Position numbers and translations under genes: made by a program
The notes under the pieces: model-generated
The model's input: the letters and a program-made list of their open reading frames with translations, nothing else
What the model was told of the DNA's origin: nothing
Databases searched by the model: none
Origin: Bacteriovorax stolpii
GTDB taxonomy: Bacteria > Bdellovibrionota > UBA2428
Length of the DNA stretch: 64,000 bases
Direction: 5' to 3'
Assembly (NCBI GenBank): GCA_945881775.1
Contig: CAMCVE010000001.1
Span: forward strand, 63,836-127,835
In this document: piece by piece, positions 36,831 to 46,580 of the stretch
Layout of the letters: each line of letters starts with the position of its first letter
How positions within the stretch are numbered: position 1 is the stretch's first letter

Positions 36831-37847
36831 TTAGAGGGCGGCGGCAAAGTCTCGTACGATATCGGAGGCCTTGTCGATCGAATGGATTCCATCCACACTG
36901 CGTCCAGCCTGCCAATAGTCGTCGTAGCCCTTGGGCTTGACGATACTCCGACGAAACCCGTAAACGGACTTCACTTGATAGAACAGACGCATCCAGTGTT
37001 TGAACTTTCGATGCTGGAGTAGATAGCGCGCCAGCGGACCCGCATGCACACCGATACGTTTCACATAGGGCGTGTTGATCACGGCGACAGGCACTCCCGT
37101 GAGACGCTCGGTGAGCACAATATCGTCTGCCTGAGCGTCAAGAATGGCCTGTTTGTATTCAGGCGAAGCTTTGCACTCCTCGGTCGCGATAAAGCGGGTT
37201 CCCATCTGAACAGCTGCGTAACCGAGATCAATCATTTTTCGGAAAGTCTCAGGGTCGCCGACACCACCTGCGCAGACAAGTGGGAGCCCTAAATCCTTCA
37301 AGGACGCAAAAAGCTCTTCGGGATTGCGACTACCCGCATGGCCTCCCGCGCGTCCGTTCACGCAAATAAGTCCGTCCACGCCGGCAGCCTTGGCTTTCTC
37401 GGCCCACTTGCGCTCTGTGACGTCATGAAAAACGAGGCCGCCACGAGCATGAACTTTCTCCACCACCCAAGCTGGATTTCCGAGTGCCGTTACAAAAAAC
37501 CGAACCCCAAAATCAAGAGCTTCATCGACCCAGCGACGCATACGCTCGAGATAAACCTCGGAGGAGGCTTCAATCAGTACGTTCATCCCAATGGGTTTCG
37601 AAGTGAGCTCGCGAATGCGTGCGAGACCTTTCTTGAAATCATATCCATAGACATAGGTCAGCGAGAGAGGCTGAACGATACCAAGGCCCCCGGCATCTGA
37701 GACAGCGGCAACGAGCTCGGGATTGCTGCAAGGATACATCGCCCCACAAATAACGGGGTTCTGAATACCCACGCTGGTCACGAAACGGCGAGCCGCTTCG
37801 TTCACGATGCAGCTCCTTCGGCTTTCTTCTCCGGACCAACGACCCAC
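36831..37847 (-). CDS. nitronate monooxygenase / FabK-like NAD(P)H-dependent flavin oxidoreductase (NMO family)
   Basis: TIM-barrel FMN protein with GIQNPVICGAM near the N-terminus and GGIGD-like GGVGDPE near the C-terminus. An in-frame GTG near 37781 would remove the 46-nt overlap with the upstream thioesterase gene. Confidence 0.7.
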   Translation of the reverse strand: MGRWSGEESRRSCIVNEAARRFVTSVGIQNPVICGAMYPCSNPELVAAVSDAGGLGIVQPLSLTYVYGYDFKKGLARIRELTSKPIGMNVLIEASSEVYLERMRRWVDEALDFGVRFFVTALGNPAWVVEKVHARGGLVFHDVTERKWAEKAKAAGVDGLICVNGRAGGHAGSRNPEELFASLKDLGLPLVCAGGVGDPETFRKMIDLGYAAVQMGTRFIATEECKASPEYKQAILDAQADDIVLTERLTGVPVAVINTPYVKRIGVHAGPLARYLLQHRKFKHWMRLFYQVKSVYGFRRSIVKPKGYDDYWQAGRSVDGIHSIDKASDIVRDFAAAL

Positions 37848-38314
37848 TTGGCTTCGACACGTGCGACAAGATTGCCCTGCCCATCAGAAATTTCTCCAAT
37901 AAGAATATGGTCGACTTTTTGGCCCGGCACGATTTCTCCGCAGCGAGCTTCGGCCTTGAGGCGCCCCCTAGCCTTCTTGAGATAGTCGATCTTCAGCGAA
38001 CCCAAAATGGCTCGCATGCCATCGGGCATCTGGCTCGTTAGAGCGAGTCCGGTTGAAAATTCTCCAATGTTGGCGAGTGCGATGGCGTGCACCGAGGCCA
38101 AATGATTGCGCACCGCTCGAGTGTCTTCGAGTCGCACCACAGCGTGTCCGCGCTCGAGAACTTCGATGCGAGGTGAGACGGAAGAGGTGTAGGGAATTGC
38201 CCAACCGAGAAAGCGTGAGAAGAGATTATCCCCAAAAGGAAGTTTCGCAGAGCGTTCCCAGAGTCCCAGGAGAGATTCTCCAGTCAAAGACAATTTTGAA
38301 GTTTTCAAGAGCAT
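37802..38314 (-). CDS. hotdog-fold thioesterase-like protein (DUF4442-like)
   Basis: About 170 aa with a hotdog-like pattern. The start was chosen at the second Met (MLLKTSKL...). Confidence 0.5.
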   Translation of the reverse strand: MLLKTSKLSLTGESLLGLWERSAKLPFGDNLFSRFLGWAIPYTSSVSPRIEVLERGHAVVRLEDTRAVRNHLASVHAIALANIGEFSTGLALTSQMPDGMRAILGSLKIDYLKKARGRLKAEARCGEIVPGQKVDHILIGEISDGQGNLVARVEAKWVVGPEKKAEGAAS

Positions 38315-38374
38315 CTCCTTCACCCACAAAAATTGTATCACTGTTTGTGATTATCGGCAGGCGCCAACGAGACA

Positions 38375-39412
38375 TTAACCGCGCAGTTGGGTGTGCGACT
38401 GCATCGACAGGGGCTGCAAAAAGAATTGCTCCGTGCAATCTAAGAAAGCCTGCTTTTCCTTGAGTCCACTCATGGCCGCGTAAAATGCGTGACCGAAATC
38501 AAGCCAGCGGTGCCCATGGTACACAAAAAAGCGAAGGCGGCGAGCCACATCCTCGGGCCGGTAGGTGTCATAAGAAATCTCAATCACACGTCTCACAAAT
38601 CGCCCATACTCGCGTGCCTCCTGCTGGGCACTGAGCCGCTCACTCGAATCGAGACTGAGCTGCCCGGTCATGGGATCCCGCCTGAGCTCACGAAGAATCC
38701 AGGGGCGCGCAACAAAAGCCCGCCCCACCATGACCCGCGCACAGGCTGTTTGGCCCATAAGATCGAAGGCATCTTGGGCTGTTTGCACATCTCCATTGGC
38801 AATCACTGGGATGCGAAGCTCCGAGACTACGCGACGCACCTGAGAGTGATCGGCACGGCCACGGCGTTTTTGTTCGGCGCTGCGAGGATGCAACGTGATC
38901 CACGAAGCGCCCGCATCCTCGATCGCCTTCACAAAACGCACGAGAAACTCTTCGTCTTTCTGGAGCCCCGCCCGCATCTTCACAGAGACTGGCACCTTCG
39001 CGTGGCGAACGGCGAACTCCGTCACGCGCGCGGCGTAGTCGATGTCACCCATGAGCGCGACCCCGTAATTGTGACTGAGCGCCTTCTGCACTGGGCACCC
39101 CATGTTGATGTCGATCGCGCACGCACCCCAAGATTCGAGTTTGGCAATTGAATCGCGAATTGGAAGCTCTTCGTTGCCGAGCAGCTGGGGGCAAAGTCCG
39201 TGTCGAGCGTCGAGCATGAAGGTCTCAGGACGATCGTTCATTTCTTCGCGAGGTACTCTGCGGCTGTTGAGCATTTCTGTGGGCCAAAGAGTCGTCACTC
39301 CTTCGGGCAAATACTCCTGGATAGCGCTCCGAACAGCAAAGTGCGTCAGTCCCACCATCGGGGCTAGGCACAAGGGCGCCGGCATCAATCTATCCAGGAC
39401 AGAGTTCACCAT
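38375..39412 (-). CDS. dus: tRNA-dihydrouridine synthase
   Basis: Dus motifs: LAPMVGLTHFAVR, DINMGCPVQK (catalytic Cys), and ANGDV. The start was chosen at the ATG at 39412 (MVNSVLDRL), giving 346 aa. The track ORF extends 69 codons further. Confidence 0.8.
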   Translation of the reverse strand: MVNSVLDRLMPAPLCLAPMVGLTHFAVRSAIQEYLPEGVTTLWPTEMLNSRRVPREEMNDRPETFMLDARHGLCPQLLGNEELPIRDSIAKLESWGACAIDINMGCPVQKALSHNYGVALMGDIDYAARVTEFAVRHAKVPVSVKMRAGLQKDEEFLVRFVKAIEDAGASWITLHPRSAEQKRRGRADHSQVRRVVSELRIPVIANGDVQTAQDAFDLMGQTACARVMVGRAFVARPWILRELRRDPMTGQLSLDSSERLSAQQEAREYGRFVRRVIEISYDTYRPEDVARRLRFFVYHGHRWLDFGHAFYAAMSGLKEKQAFLDCTEQFFLQPLSMQSHTQLRG

Positions 39413-39472
39413 CGAGACTCTTTTTAAGCGATTTGGCGGACAACGACCAGCTCTGATAATCTCTCCCACAGC

Positions 39473-39943
39473 ATGGACACGCGAGATTCCCTCACTCAAC
39501 AACTCGAATCCAAGATTCTCGCTGATATTCCGATCGCAAAGCTCATGGGATTTGCGGTGCTCGCCGTAAACGAGGCCGGCGCGGATTGCAGACTTCCTCT
39601 CGCCCCCAACACCAACCACCTCGGCACCCAGTTTGGCGGAAGTCTCTACGCCGCGGGTGCCCTCAGTTGCTATACGGCGCTTATGGGACTGCTCGCGCGA
39701 CGCGGTCTCTCCTCAAACAATATCGTGATCACAGACGGACACATTGAGTACCTCTCACCCGGGACGGGCGACGTGCGACTTGAAGCTCGCTTGCCTTATG
39801 AAGGGCAAGACGCATTCTCCCTGCAACTTCAACAAAAGGGTCGTGCACGCTTGAAACTAGAAACCTCAATTCTAGACGCCGCTAACAAAATGGTAGCCCG
39901 CGTGAAAGGTGAGTATCTGGTACGAGTGGAGACACGTCCATGA
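39473..39943 (+). CDS. hotdog-fold putative thioesterase (YiiD C-terminal domain-like)
   Basis: About 156 aa with the NHLGTQFGGSLYAAGALSCY segment typical of the YiiD_C hotdog family. Its stop overlaps the next gene's start (ATGA). Confidence 0.55.
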   Translation: MDTRDSLTQQLESKILADIPIAKLMGFAVLAVNEAGADCRLPLAPNTNHLGTQFGGSLYAAGALSCYTALMGLLARRGLSSNNIVITDGHIEYLSPGTGDVRLEARLPYEGQDAFSLQLQQKGRARLKLETSILDAANKMVARVKGEYLVRVETRP

Positions 39944-40557
39944 CCGAGCCGCTCGTGATCTACGCCTTCCGTCATGGACAAACCGACTGGAACATCGTGA
40001 AGCGCTTTCAAGGACACACAGATATTCCCCTCAACGCCGAAGGCGAACGCCAAGCCGAGGCTCTTGCGCCCCTTTTGAAGGAGCTTCCGCTCGAAATGAT
40101 TCTCTCGTCGGATTTGCGACGAGCCGCTCGAACGGCAGAGATCATAGCCCGACATCACGGACTTCCTCTTCTCACGGACAGGCGTTTGCGCGAAGCTCAC
40201 TTCGGCCATGTCGAAGGACTCACGAAAGACGAAGTTGTGGCTTCCCTTGGTGACGAAGCCTGGCAGAGATGGATGTCGATGACACAAGAAAACATGGATT
40301 TCTCCTTTCCCGGTGGCGAAACAAAACGCCAGTTCATTAAGCGTGTGCAAGACTGTCTTGAAGAATTTGGAGCTCGGAGTCCGCGCCCGCGCGTGGTCGC
40401 ACTGTCGACCCACGGGGCGGTGCTCAAACGACTGATTCAACTTTGCAAAAACGCACCTTCAGAGGATTTCTGGATTTCTAACTGCGATGTGCACAAACTC
40501 AAATTCGAGACTCACTCACGAAGCTGGACCTACGAGGCCAAGGTCTTTGAAATCTGA
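39940..40557 (+). CDS. histidine phosphatase family protein (phosphoglycerate mutase-like)
   Basis: The catalytic RHGQTDWN motif sits at the N-terminus, and a second His motif (STHGAVLK) is present. Confidence 0.8.
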   Translation: MTEPLVIYAFRHGQTDWNIVKRFQGHTDIPLNAEGERQAEALAPLLKELPLEMILSSDLRRAARTAEIIARHHGLPLLTDRRLREAHFGHVEGLTKDEVVASLGDEAWQRWMSMTQENMDFSFPGGETKRQFIKRVQDCLEEFGARSPRPRVVALSTHGAVLKRLIQLCKNAPSEDFWISNCDVHKLKFETHSRSWTYEAKVFEI

Positions 40558-41424
40558 AACCAGCTCGAGCTCCTCAAAAACAAGCGGGTGCATGAGCTTA
40601 AACCTAAGACTCCAATCATAACGTCCGCGGTAAACCCGAATCTCGCCTCCGATAAGGCAATCCACTAAGGCTTCGTGAGAGCCTGAAATGTGTCCGCGGT
40701 CACCAGTCCCTACGACATCGGTCGCGCCCCAGGAGGGTCGCTTGAGCGCTACTTGCCGAGTTTCACCACCCAAACCCTCGCACGGCTTTGCTGCCCACGC
40801 CGAGGTGTAGAGGTCAAACCCGGCGTGTGCTGTCAGCACTTGCCCTTGATCCATAGCAAGAGTGTCGGGATTCTCGAGCGACAGAAGTCGAAGTCCCTCG
40901 AGACCTTCAAGCGGCAAGCGACGGTCGTAGAGTTGGAGACTATTGAGCTCCACCAAGCGCGTGCTCAGATCTGAGAGGGTCCCTTCGTCGAGGGGTGTGG
41001 CTTTGAGCAAAGCGGTTTCGGTCATTTCCAAAAGCGCCACATCAGAACTCCAAAGCGGATCTCCCGAAACTGAGTCATACAGTCGAGGCTCACAGACGTG
41101 CACGGGAGCAGACCAAATTCTCTCAGTCCCATAGACATCACGGCTGCGCTGACAAAACTCCGATGCGCTGTCGGAATGGAAAATAAAAGGTGGGCTCTTG
41201 TCGATCTGCACATGGAAAAGCCCGAGCACATTCTCAAGAAGCCTTCGATCGGACCCTGTGCAGTCTGAGGAGCGCAGACAACTCTGAAGAAGCCGAGGAA
41301 CCGCATTCCAACCAAACAGCAGGTTCTGCCGAGCTCGGGTGTCGGAGCCCTCAAGACCCGAGGCCATAAGCGTCGCCGGCAAGAGCCAGCCCCAAAGCCT
41401 GAGTAGAGTGTTTGCCCCGGACAT
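40516..41424 (-). CDS. hypothetical protein with a hydrophobic N-terminus
   Basis: Long ORF with coding-like composition and no recognised domain. It overlaps the convergent phosphatase 3' end by 42 nt. Confidence 0.4.
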   Translation of the reverse strand: MSGANTLLRLWGWLLPATLMASGLEGSDTRARQNLLFGWNAVPRLLQSCLRSSDCTGSDRRLLENVLGLFHVQIDKSPPFIFHSDSASEFCQRSRDVYGTERIWSAPVHVCEPRLYDSVSGDPLWSSDVALLEMTETALLKATPLDEGTLSDLSTRLVELNSLQLYDRRLPLEGLEGLRLLSLENPDTLAMDQGQVLTAHAGFDLYTSAWAAKPCEGLGGETRQVALKRPSWGATDVVGTGDRGHISGSHEALVDCLIGGEIRVYRGRYDWSLRFKLMHPLVFEELELVSDFKDLGLVGPAS

Positions 41425-41491
41425 GAGCCGGGTTGTAATGGCTTCAAGCTATTTTGGCAAATTTTCCTGAAATCCTGGTATCTTAGAAAAT

Positions 41492-42085
41492 GTGATCGCA
41501 GATTTCCTCAAGTCTTTCCTATCGTTATTCGTGGCGATCGATCTTCTAGGCGCCGTGCCGATTTTCATCGCGCTCACGCGCAGTATGGAGAACGAGGTGC
41601 GCCGCTCACTCATCACCAAATCTACCTGGACGGCTCTCGGAGTGGGAGTGGCGTTTATCCTCGCAGGTCAGGCCATCTTCGCTTTTCTGGGGATCACGGA
41701 GTCTGATTTTAGAATCGCGGGCGGACTCCTGCTTCTCGTGTTTTCGATTCGCGATCTTATGAGCGAGACCGGTCACCAGGTCGAAGCAGGGCAAGGATCC
41801 ACCTTGGGCATCGTTCCCATCGGCATTCCTCTTGTGATGGGTCCGGCCGCACTGGCAACGCTCCTGCTCTCCACGCGGGAGTACGGACTCGCCACGACGC
41901 TCTTCTCTCTCTTTGCAAACCTCAGCCTCGTGTGGCTCGCCTTCCGCAACTCCAACTTGATTCTTCGAGTTCTCGGCGATGGCCTCAGTCAGGCGCTCGC
42001 CAAGATCTTTTCGCTGCTTCTTGCGGCGATTGCCGTGATGCTCATCCGCCTTGGCATCGAGGGGCTGCTGAAGAGCGCTTCTTGA
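41492..42085 (+). CDS. MarC family integral membrane protein (UPF0056)
   Basis: 197 aa with 6 TM helices. The N-terminus FLKSFLSLFVAIDLLGAVPIFIALT is typical of MarC. GTG start. Confidence 0.75.
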   Translation: MIADFLKSFLSLFVAIDLLGAVPIFIALTRSMENEVRRSLITKSTWTALGVGVAFILAGQAIFAFLGITESDFRIAGGLLLLVFSIRDLMSETGHQVEAGQGSTLGIVPIGIPLVMGPAALATLLLSTREYGLATTLFSLFANLSLVWLAFRNSNLILRVLGDGLSQALAKIFSLLLAAIAVMLIRLGIEGLLKSAS

Positions 42086-42221
42086 AGATTGCGTTAAGAC
42101 GCTCCGATTGGAACGGTCCGTGCTACCTTTAGAGCAGGGAACAAGGTCTGACTGCGGTCTCGGAGCGGGTCTCGTTAAGAGGCCGAAAGCTTAGAGAAAG
42201 TGGAGCGACTTTGGGGGATTT

Positions 42222-44861
42222 ATGTTGAAGGACTTCTTAATTTTGAGAAAGCGTCTTCTCTTTGGACAGCTCGCTGTCCTCGGACTTGTCGGATCCGCCG
42301 GCTTAAACGCGCGAGCCGCCGGACTCCTGGACCGAGCCTTTGCGGCCGCTTCGCAAGGCGAATTCTCGATTGACGCCCCCCCAGCCTTCAACCCCAGCCA
42401 GTTCCGTGAACTTTTTGAACAGCAAGCTCGAGTCTCATCTCTAGACTACGAGAAAATCGCCCTAAGCCGTGGAATGAACATGAGCTTTGCTCAGAGCCTT
42501 CGCAGGCTTCCCCCTTCGCAACTGATGTCACTGGGATTTGTCGCAAACCCTGAGGAACTTGCAAGCGACGAAGTCGCGAGCTCCTTTGGTATCGCTTCAC
42601 CCGGTAAGACTCAGCAATTCCGCACCATGCTTGGAGCCCTGCAAGCGCAATGGGCCAAACAAGGCAAAAAGCTCGCGCTGAGCGAAGCGGATATGCAGAA
42701 GCTTCTGGACCTTCTCGCGAAAGGACAAAGCCTCGAGGGGCAGTCTGAGATTGATCCCAAACTTCTCGCCGCAGTCCAGGCGAGTGCCGACAACTTCGGC
42801 AAAGCGGGCTCTGACCAAGAGCGCCAGCAGATCGTTTCTCAGTTCAATGATTCCCTCGGAGAGATTGCTTCGCATGTCGGTGGAGACGCCGGTGCGCTGC
42901 TTGGGTCCGTGCACGGAGCCGTCACAGATTCGCTCGCCTCGGGCGAACCTATTGCAGCTCCCGACATGGTCGCCGCTAGCGACTCGCAAAGCGGCGACAC
43001 AAGTCGCACTGCAACCGAGGAGGTCTTCAGGGGACTCGATCTCACTGACGCACCTTCGTTCTCCGAGCAATATATTAATGAAGACAAGCTTTCCAACACC
43101 GGCACTAAGATGGCGTCTAACAGCTGGCTCAAGCCTGGCGACGTTGATCGTTTAACAGCACCTCAGGCCGATGATTCCAGCAGCGGCACGCGCAACTTCA
43201 CGGGCTATCGCCCCCAGGCTAAAGTCGAGGGTGCAGCTCCGAGCGACACGACTCAAGCGCCCACCGGTGGAACCACAACCGACGCCAAGGCGAGCGCACA
43301 CGAAGCCAGCATCAAGAGTCGCCTCGACTCGCTCACGACCGAGATGAAACAAAAACGCCCCTCGACAAGTCCCGGTGGCACGACTCCATCTTCGTCGTCG
43401 AGAGGAACCGAAGTCGCAAGCAACACGCCGACACCTTCGCCAGTCACACCGAGCAACTCCGGCTCCACAGACAGCGTTAAGACCCCAAGCGCGACCCAGC
43501 CAACAACACCCACACCGAAGCCCAATGCAACTGAGGTGGCTTCGGCCAAATCAGGTCTCGCAAACTTAGCGCGCATTGAGGCGGCCAACCTCGGTATCAC
43601 CGACAAGACTAAGATCGATCAGTTCGTAAATGATTACGTGAAACAAAACACTGTCGCCGACAACTTCACACCCGTTGTGGTGAAGCAAGACCCTGCCGCA
43701 GCGGGTGGCAACGGCCCAGGAACCCTCAACGCTTTTGGAGCGAGTGGAGGATCGCCTGCCGCGCACAACTCTGCCGGATCTGGAGGAGGCACGGGTGCCA
43801 TCTCAGGCGGCGGCGCTGGAAGCGGCTACGGCACCGTGTGTGAGGTGGCCAGTCGCGACCCACTCATTCAAGGACTCACTACGGCTTTCATCACGCGCTA
43901 CCGTGTCGGATTAGAAGCAAAATCAACAATCGATAACTCGATGAAAGTTGTTGCCAAGAATCCCGGCGCTGAATCCAGGATTGCGGATGCCGGATCGAGC
44001 GTACTCAACGAGTCCGGTAAGACCTGCACACTTTACGACCCCATGTGCAATGCAGCAGAAGGAGTTGGTTCCGCGACATCACAAAATATCGACAAGGAGA
44101 AAGCCGTAGATATCGTGAAAGATGGCAAATCCTCAACCGTCGATATTTCAGGCATCGCTGAAAGCCTCATCGCGACTCGCCTTGCCGCCAAAAAAACCAA
44201 CCGTGGCGCACTTCCTGATGTGGCTGAGGCGATGATGGGTCGACTCCGCCAACTCATGCAGCAAAAAGGATTTTGCCCCTCCAGTGCCGACATCGCTGTG
44301 CTCGACAAAACGGGTGAGCTCAAAAAATTCTCAGACATCTACACGCAAGCCCTCTATGAAGAATTGTCTCAGCATGGAGATCTCGCCCTCGACAGCAAGG
44401 GCTGCCCTGCGATTCAAAGTGTGAACGGCACAGCCAACACCGCAAATCTCGACACATTTGTTAAATTCGTAACCCAAGTTTCTTCACAAGAACGCGACGT
44501 TCATAACATTCTTATGGGAAGCGGACAGGGCGAAGAAACTTGGTGTTCGCATGGAACACTCGAACCCGAGCCCTTCAGTATGAAGCCAATCGCGGGAACT
44601 TTCTTCGGGTCACTGAAAGACAAATGCAGTGTCAGCCTGCAAATGGCCACGGATAGAATATATGAAGGTTGGCAGAGCGCGAAATTTGCCAATTTGAGAC
44701 CGCAGCAAGCAGCGATCAAAGAACCTAAAGAGCTCCGCGCTAACTGCCTCACGCAAAAGACCGCTTATCTCGCAATGCGCACTATGGGCTTCTCGCGTCA
44801 AAGCAAAACCTCTCCTATGAAATTCGTAGGAGATGATGGAGCAGGAACGGTACATGAATGA
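42222..44861 (+). CDS. large secreted protein with a central Ser/Thr/Pro/Gly-rich low-complexity region
   Basis: Good SD (GGGGGA) upstream of the ATG. An N-terminal signal-like hydrophobic segment is present. Low complexity spans roughly aa 300-520 (TPSSSSRGTEVASNTPTPSPVTPSNSGSTDSVKTPSATQPTTPTPKPN...GSGGGTGAISGGGAGSGYG). A structured, Cys-containing domain lies C-terminal. Confidence 0.6.
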   Translation: MLKDFLILRKRLLFGQLAVLGLVGSAGLNARAAGLLDRAFAAASQGEFSIDAPPAFNPSQFRELFEQQARVSSLDYEKIALSRGMNMSFAQSLRRLPPSQLMSLGFVANPEELASDEVASSFGIASPGKTQQFRTMLGALQAQWAKQGKKLALSEADMQKLLDLLAKGQSLEGQSEIDPKLLAAVQASADNFGKAGSDQERQQIVSQFNDSLGEIASHVGGDAGALLGSVHGAVTDSLASGEPIAAPDMVAASDSQSGDTSRTATEEVFRGLDLTDAPSFSEQYINEDKLSNTGTKMASNSWLKPGDVDRLTAPQADDSSSGTRNFTGYRPQAKVEGAAPSDTTQAPTGGTTTDAKASAHEASIKSRLDSLTTEMKQKRPSTSPGGTTPSSSSRGTEVASNTPTPSPVTPSNSGSTDSVKTPSATQPTTPTPKPNATEVASAKSGLANLARIEAANLGITDKTKIDQFVNDYVKQNTVADNFTPVVVKQDPAAAGGNGPGTLNAFGASGGSPAAHNSAGSGGGTGAISGGGAGSGYGTVCEVASRDPLIQGLTTAFITRYRVGLEAKSTIDNSMKVVAKNPGAESRIADAGSSVLNESGKTCTLYDPMCNAAEGVGSATSQNIDKEKAVDIVKDGKSSTVDISGIAESLIATRLAAKKTNRGALPDVAEAMMGRLRQLMQQKGFCPSSADIAVLDKTGELKKFSDIYTQALYEELSQHGDLALDSKGCPAIQSVNGTANTANLDTFVKFVTQVSSQERDVHNILMGSGQGEETWCSHGTLEPEPFSMKPIAGTFFGSLKDKCSVSLQMATDRIYEGWQSAKFANLRPQQAAIKEPKELRANCLTQKTAYLAMRTMGFSRQSKTSPMKFVGDDGAGTVHE

Positions 44862-44881
44862 GAAACGGGAGGACGCTATCC

Positions 44882-45430
44882 ATGAAACAGCAACTTAGTT
44901 TCCTAGCAATCTTCCTTATCTCGACTGCCGCTAGGGCTGATCTTCCTACAAAAAGCGGTCAGAGCTTCCTTGGCAAGAAGGCAATTCCTGGTTGTGGGAA
45001 AGACGAGTCGGGCAAAGTCCATCCCATCTTCGGAGTAATTGGCTCGAACGAAGTCGAAATCAAAAAAGCTACTGGCGAACTCTTTCCTAATGCCAGAGAT
45101 ACTCTGAGCGATGCCTTCATCTCAACCAACAGCATCGGAGACTTCTTCGTCATGCCAGAAGTAGAAATCAAGCGACTTCTGAGCAAGCCTGAGTTCGCCG
45201 AGTACCAAAAATGGAAGGGCGACAGCGCTGGCAAGATGCTTTACTTCAAGGTTGTTCCCGACGCCAAAAACAAGCCCACACTACTTCCGGTCTATGAGAA
45301 AAATGATCCCGGACTCGCGGATGCCATCATGGATGAACAATCTATCTGGCAATACGTGCTGTCGCGCATGAAGGGCATCAGTCAGACCAAGTTCTATCAG
45401 AGCATTTTCCAAGGCCACATCACCGAATAG
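44882..45430 (+). CDS. hypothetical secreted protein, coupled to the upstream large secreted protein
   Basis: SD (GGGAGG) 9 nt upstream of the ATG at 44882. Signal peptide is MKQQLSFLAIFLISTAARA. The track ORF start at 44858 overlaps the upstream stop. Confidence 0.5.
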   Translation: MKQQLSFLAIFLISTAARADLPTKSGQSFLGKKAIPGCGKDESGKVHPIFGVIGSNEVEIKKATGELFPNARDTLSDAFISTNSIGDFFVMPEVEIKRLLSKPEFAEYQKWKGDSAGKMLYFKVVPDAKNKPTLLPVYEKNDPGLADAIMDEQSIWQYVLSRMKGISQTKFYQSIFQGHITE

Positions 45431-45453
45431 ACTTTGGTCTAGCGCGACAAAAG

Positions 45454-46461
45454 CTATTCGGGCTTCACAGCCCGACGAACAGCATCCTGCATCACGGCGC
45501 CGGCCAAGGTTCCAATTCGCGTGACACTCACCTCTTTATCAGGAGCCGTCGAACCCTTAGCATAAGTGCTCACCACAAAAAGCGTGTCGCCGTCGCTCGC
45601 CGTGTGGAAGGGCTCAATCGAGCGCGCCATGCCGGTGTGAACCATGATCGCAAGGCGCTTCAAATCGCCACGGTCGAGTTTGGCGTTGGTGATGAGAATC
45701 GAGATCGTGGTGTTTCCTAGTGTCACATCGCCAAACGAGGCGCCAGGCTTTTTGAGAAGTGTTTGAGGGATCGAGAGTCGCACTCCGGTCTTGGGGTCTT
45801 TGGAGCCAGCGAGCACCGTGCCGTCATCGTTCATGACGTTGCCCACAGCGTTCACCACACTGAGTGCAAAAATCTTCACGCCTTCAGATTCGTAGAAAGC
45901 CGCGCCCTGGCCGGATTTCTCGCCGTATTCGCGACCAAAGAACTTGCCGACGGTCACATTGGCACCGCCACCAAAGGCGCCGATTTTTACGGAGTTCTTA
46001 ATGGCGTTGCGAAAAGCTTCGGCGCCGAGATCTGCGTCGGGGAAGAGCGCATTGCTGCGCCCTGAGAAGTCATAAACAATAGCCGCCGGAACAGAAGGGA
46101 TACTATCGAAGTCGACCTTGTTAGCTCTTTGTTTAAGAATTTCGCGCATCACGCCCGAGGCGGCGTCGAGGCCATAAGTGGAACCTCCGGCCAGCACGAC
46201 CGCATCGATAGAACCCCAGGAGTTGCCCTCTTCGATCGAAGATTGTTCGCGAACAGCCGCAGCCCCACCCCGCACATCAATCGCCGCGAGAGCTCCCCGC
46301 GGAAATACAAAAACCGTAGCCCCTGTGGGACCCTTTGGATTTTCAGCCGTTCCCACAAGAAAGTCTTCAAAATTGTAATTCAAAGCCGCCGCCTCCGCTT
46401 TGAGATTCACACCCAACCCAATCAATAAAAGGGCACAAATCATCGAGGTTTGAGCGTTCAT
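45454..46461 (-). CDS. P1 family peptidase (DmpA/S58 L-aminopeptidase-like), secreted
   Basis: Signal peptide followed by the S58/DmpA-like pattern (GGSTYGLDAASGV..., autoproteolytic-like motif region). The start was chosen at MNAQTSMICALLLIG. Confidence 0.7.
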   Translation of the reverse strand: MNAQTSMICALLLIGLGVNLKAEAAALNYNFEDFLVGTAENPKGPTGATVFVFPRGALAAIDVRGGAAAVREQSSIEEGNSWGSIDAVVLAGGSTYGLDAASGVMREILKQRANKVDFDSIPSVPAAIVYDFSGRSNALFPDADLGAEAFRNAIKNSVKIGAFGGGANVTVGKFFGREYGEKSGQGAAFYESEGVKIFALSVVNAVGNVMNDDGTVLAGSKDPKTGVRLSIPQTLLKKPGASFGDVTLGNTTISILITNAKLDRGDLKRLAIMVHTGMARSIEPFHTASDGDTLFVVSTYAKGSTAPDKEVSVTRIGTLAGAVMQDAVRRAVKPE

Positions 46462-46580
46462 GGGTCTCATGGATGCCCTAGTAAACCCCGAGAAGCCCTC
46501 AGACAAACAAAAATCACTCTTCGGACTTGATTGAAGGCTTATCGCTTATAGGGTGTCCCTATCAATAAGGAGACCTTTCT

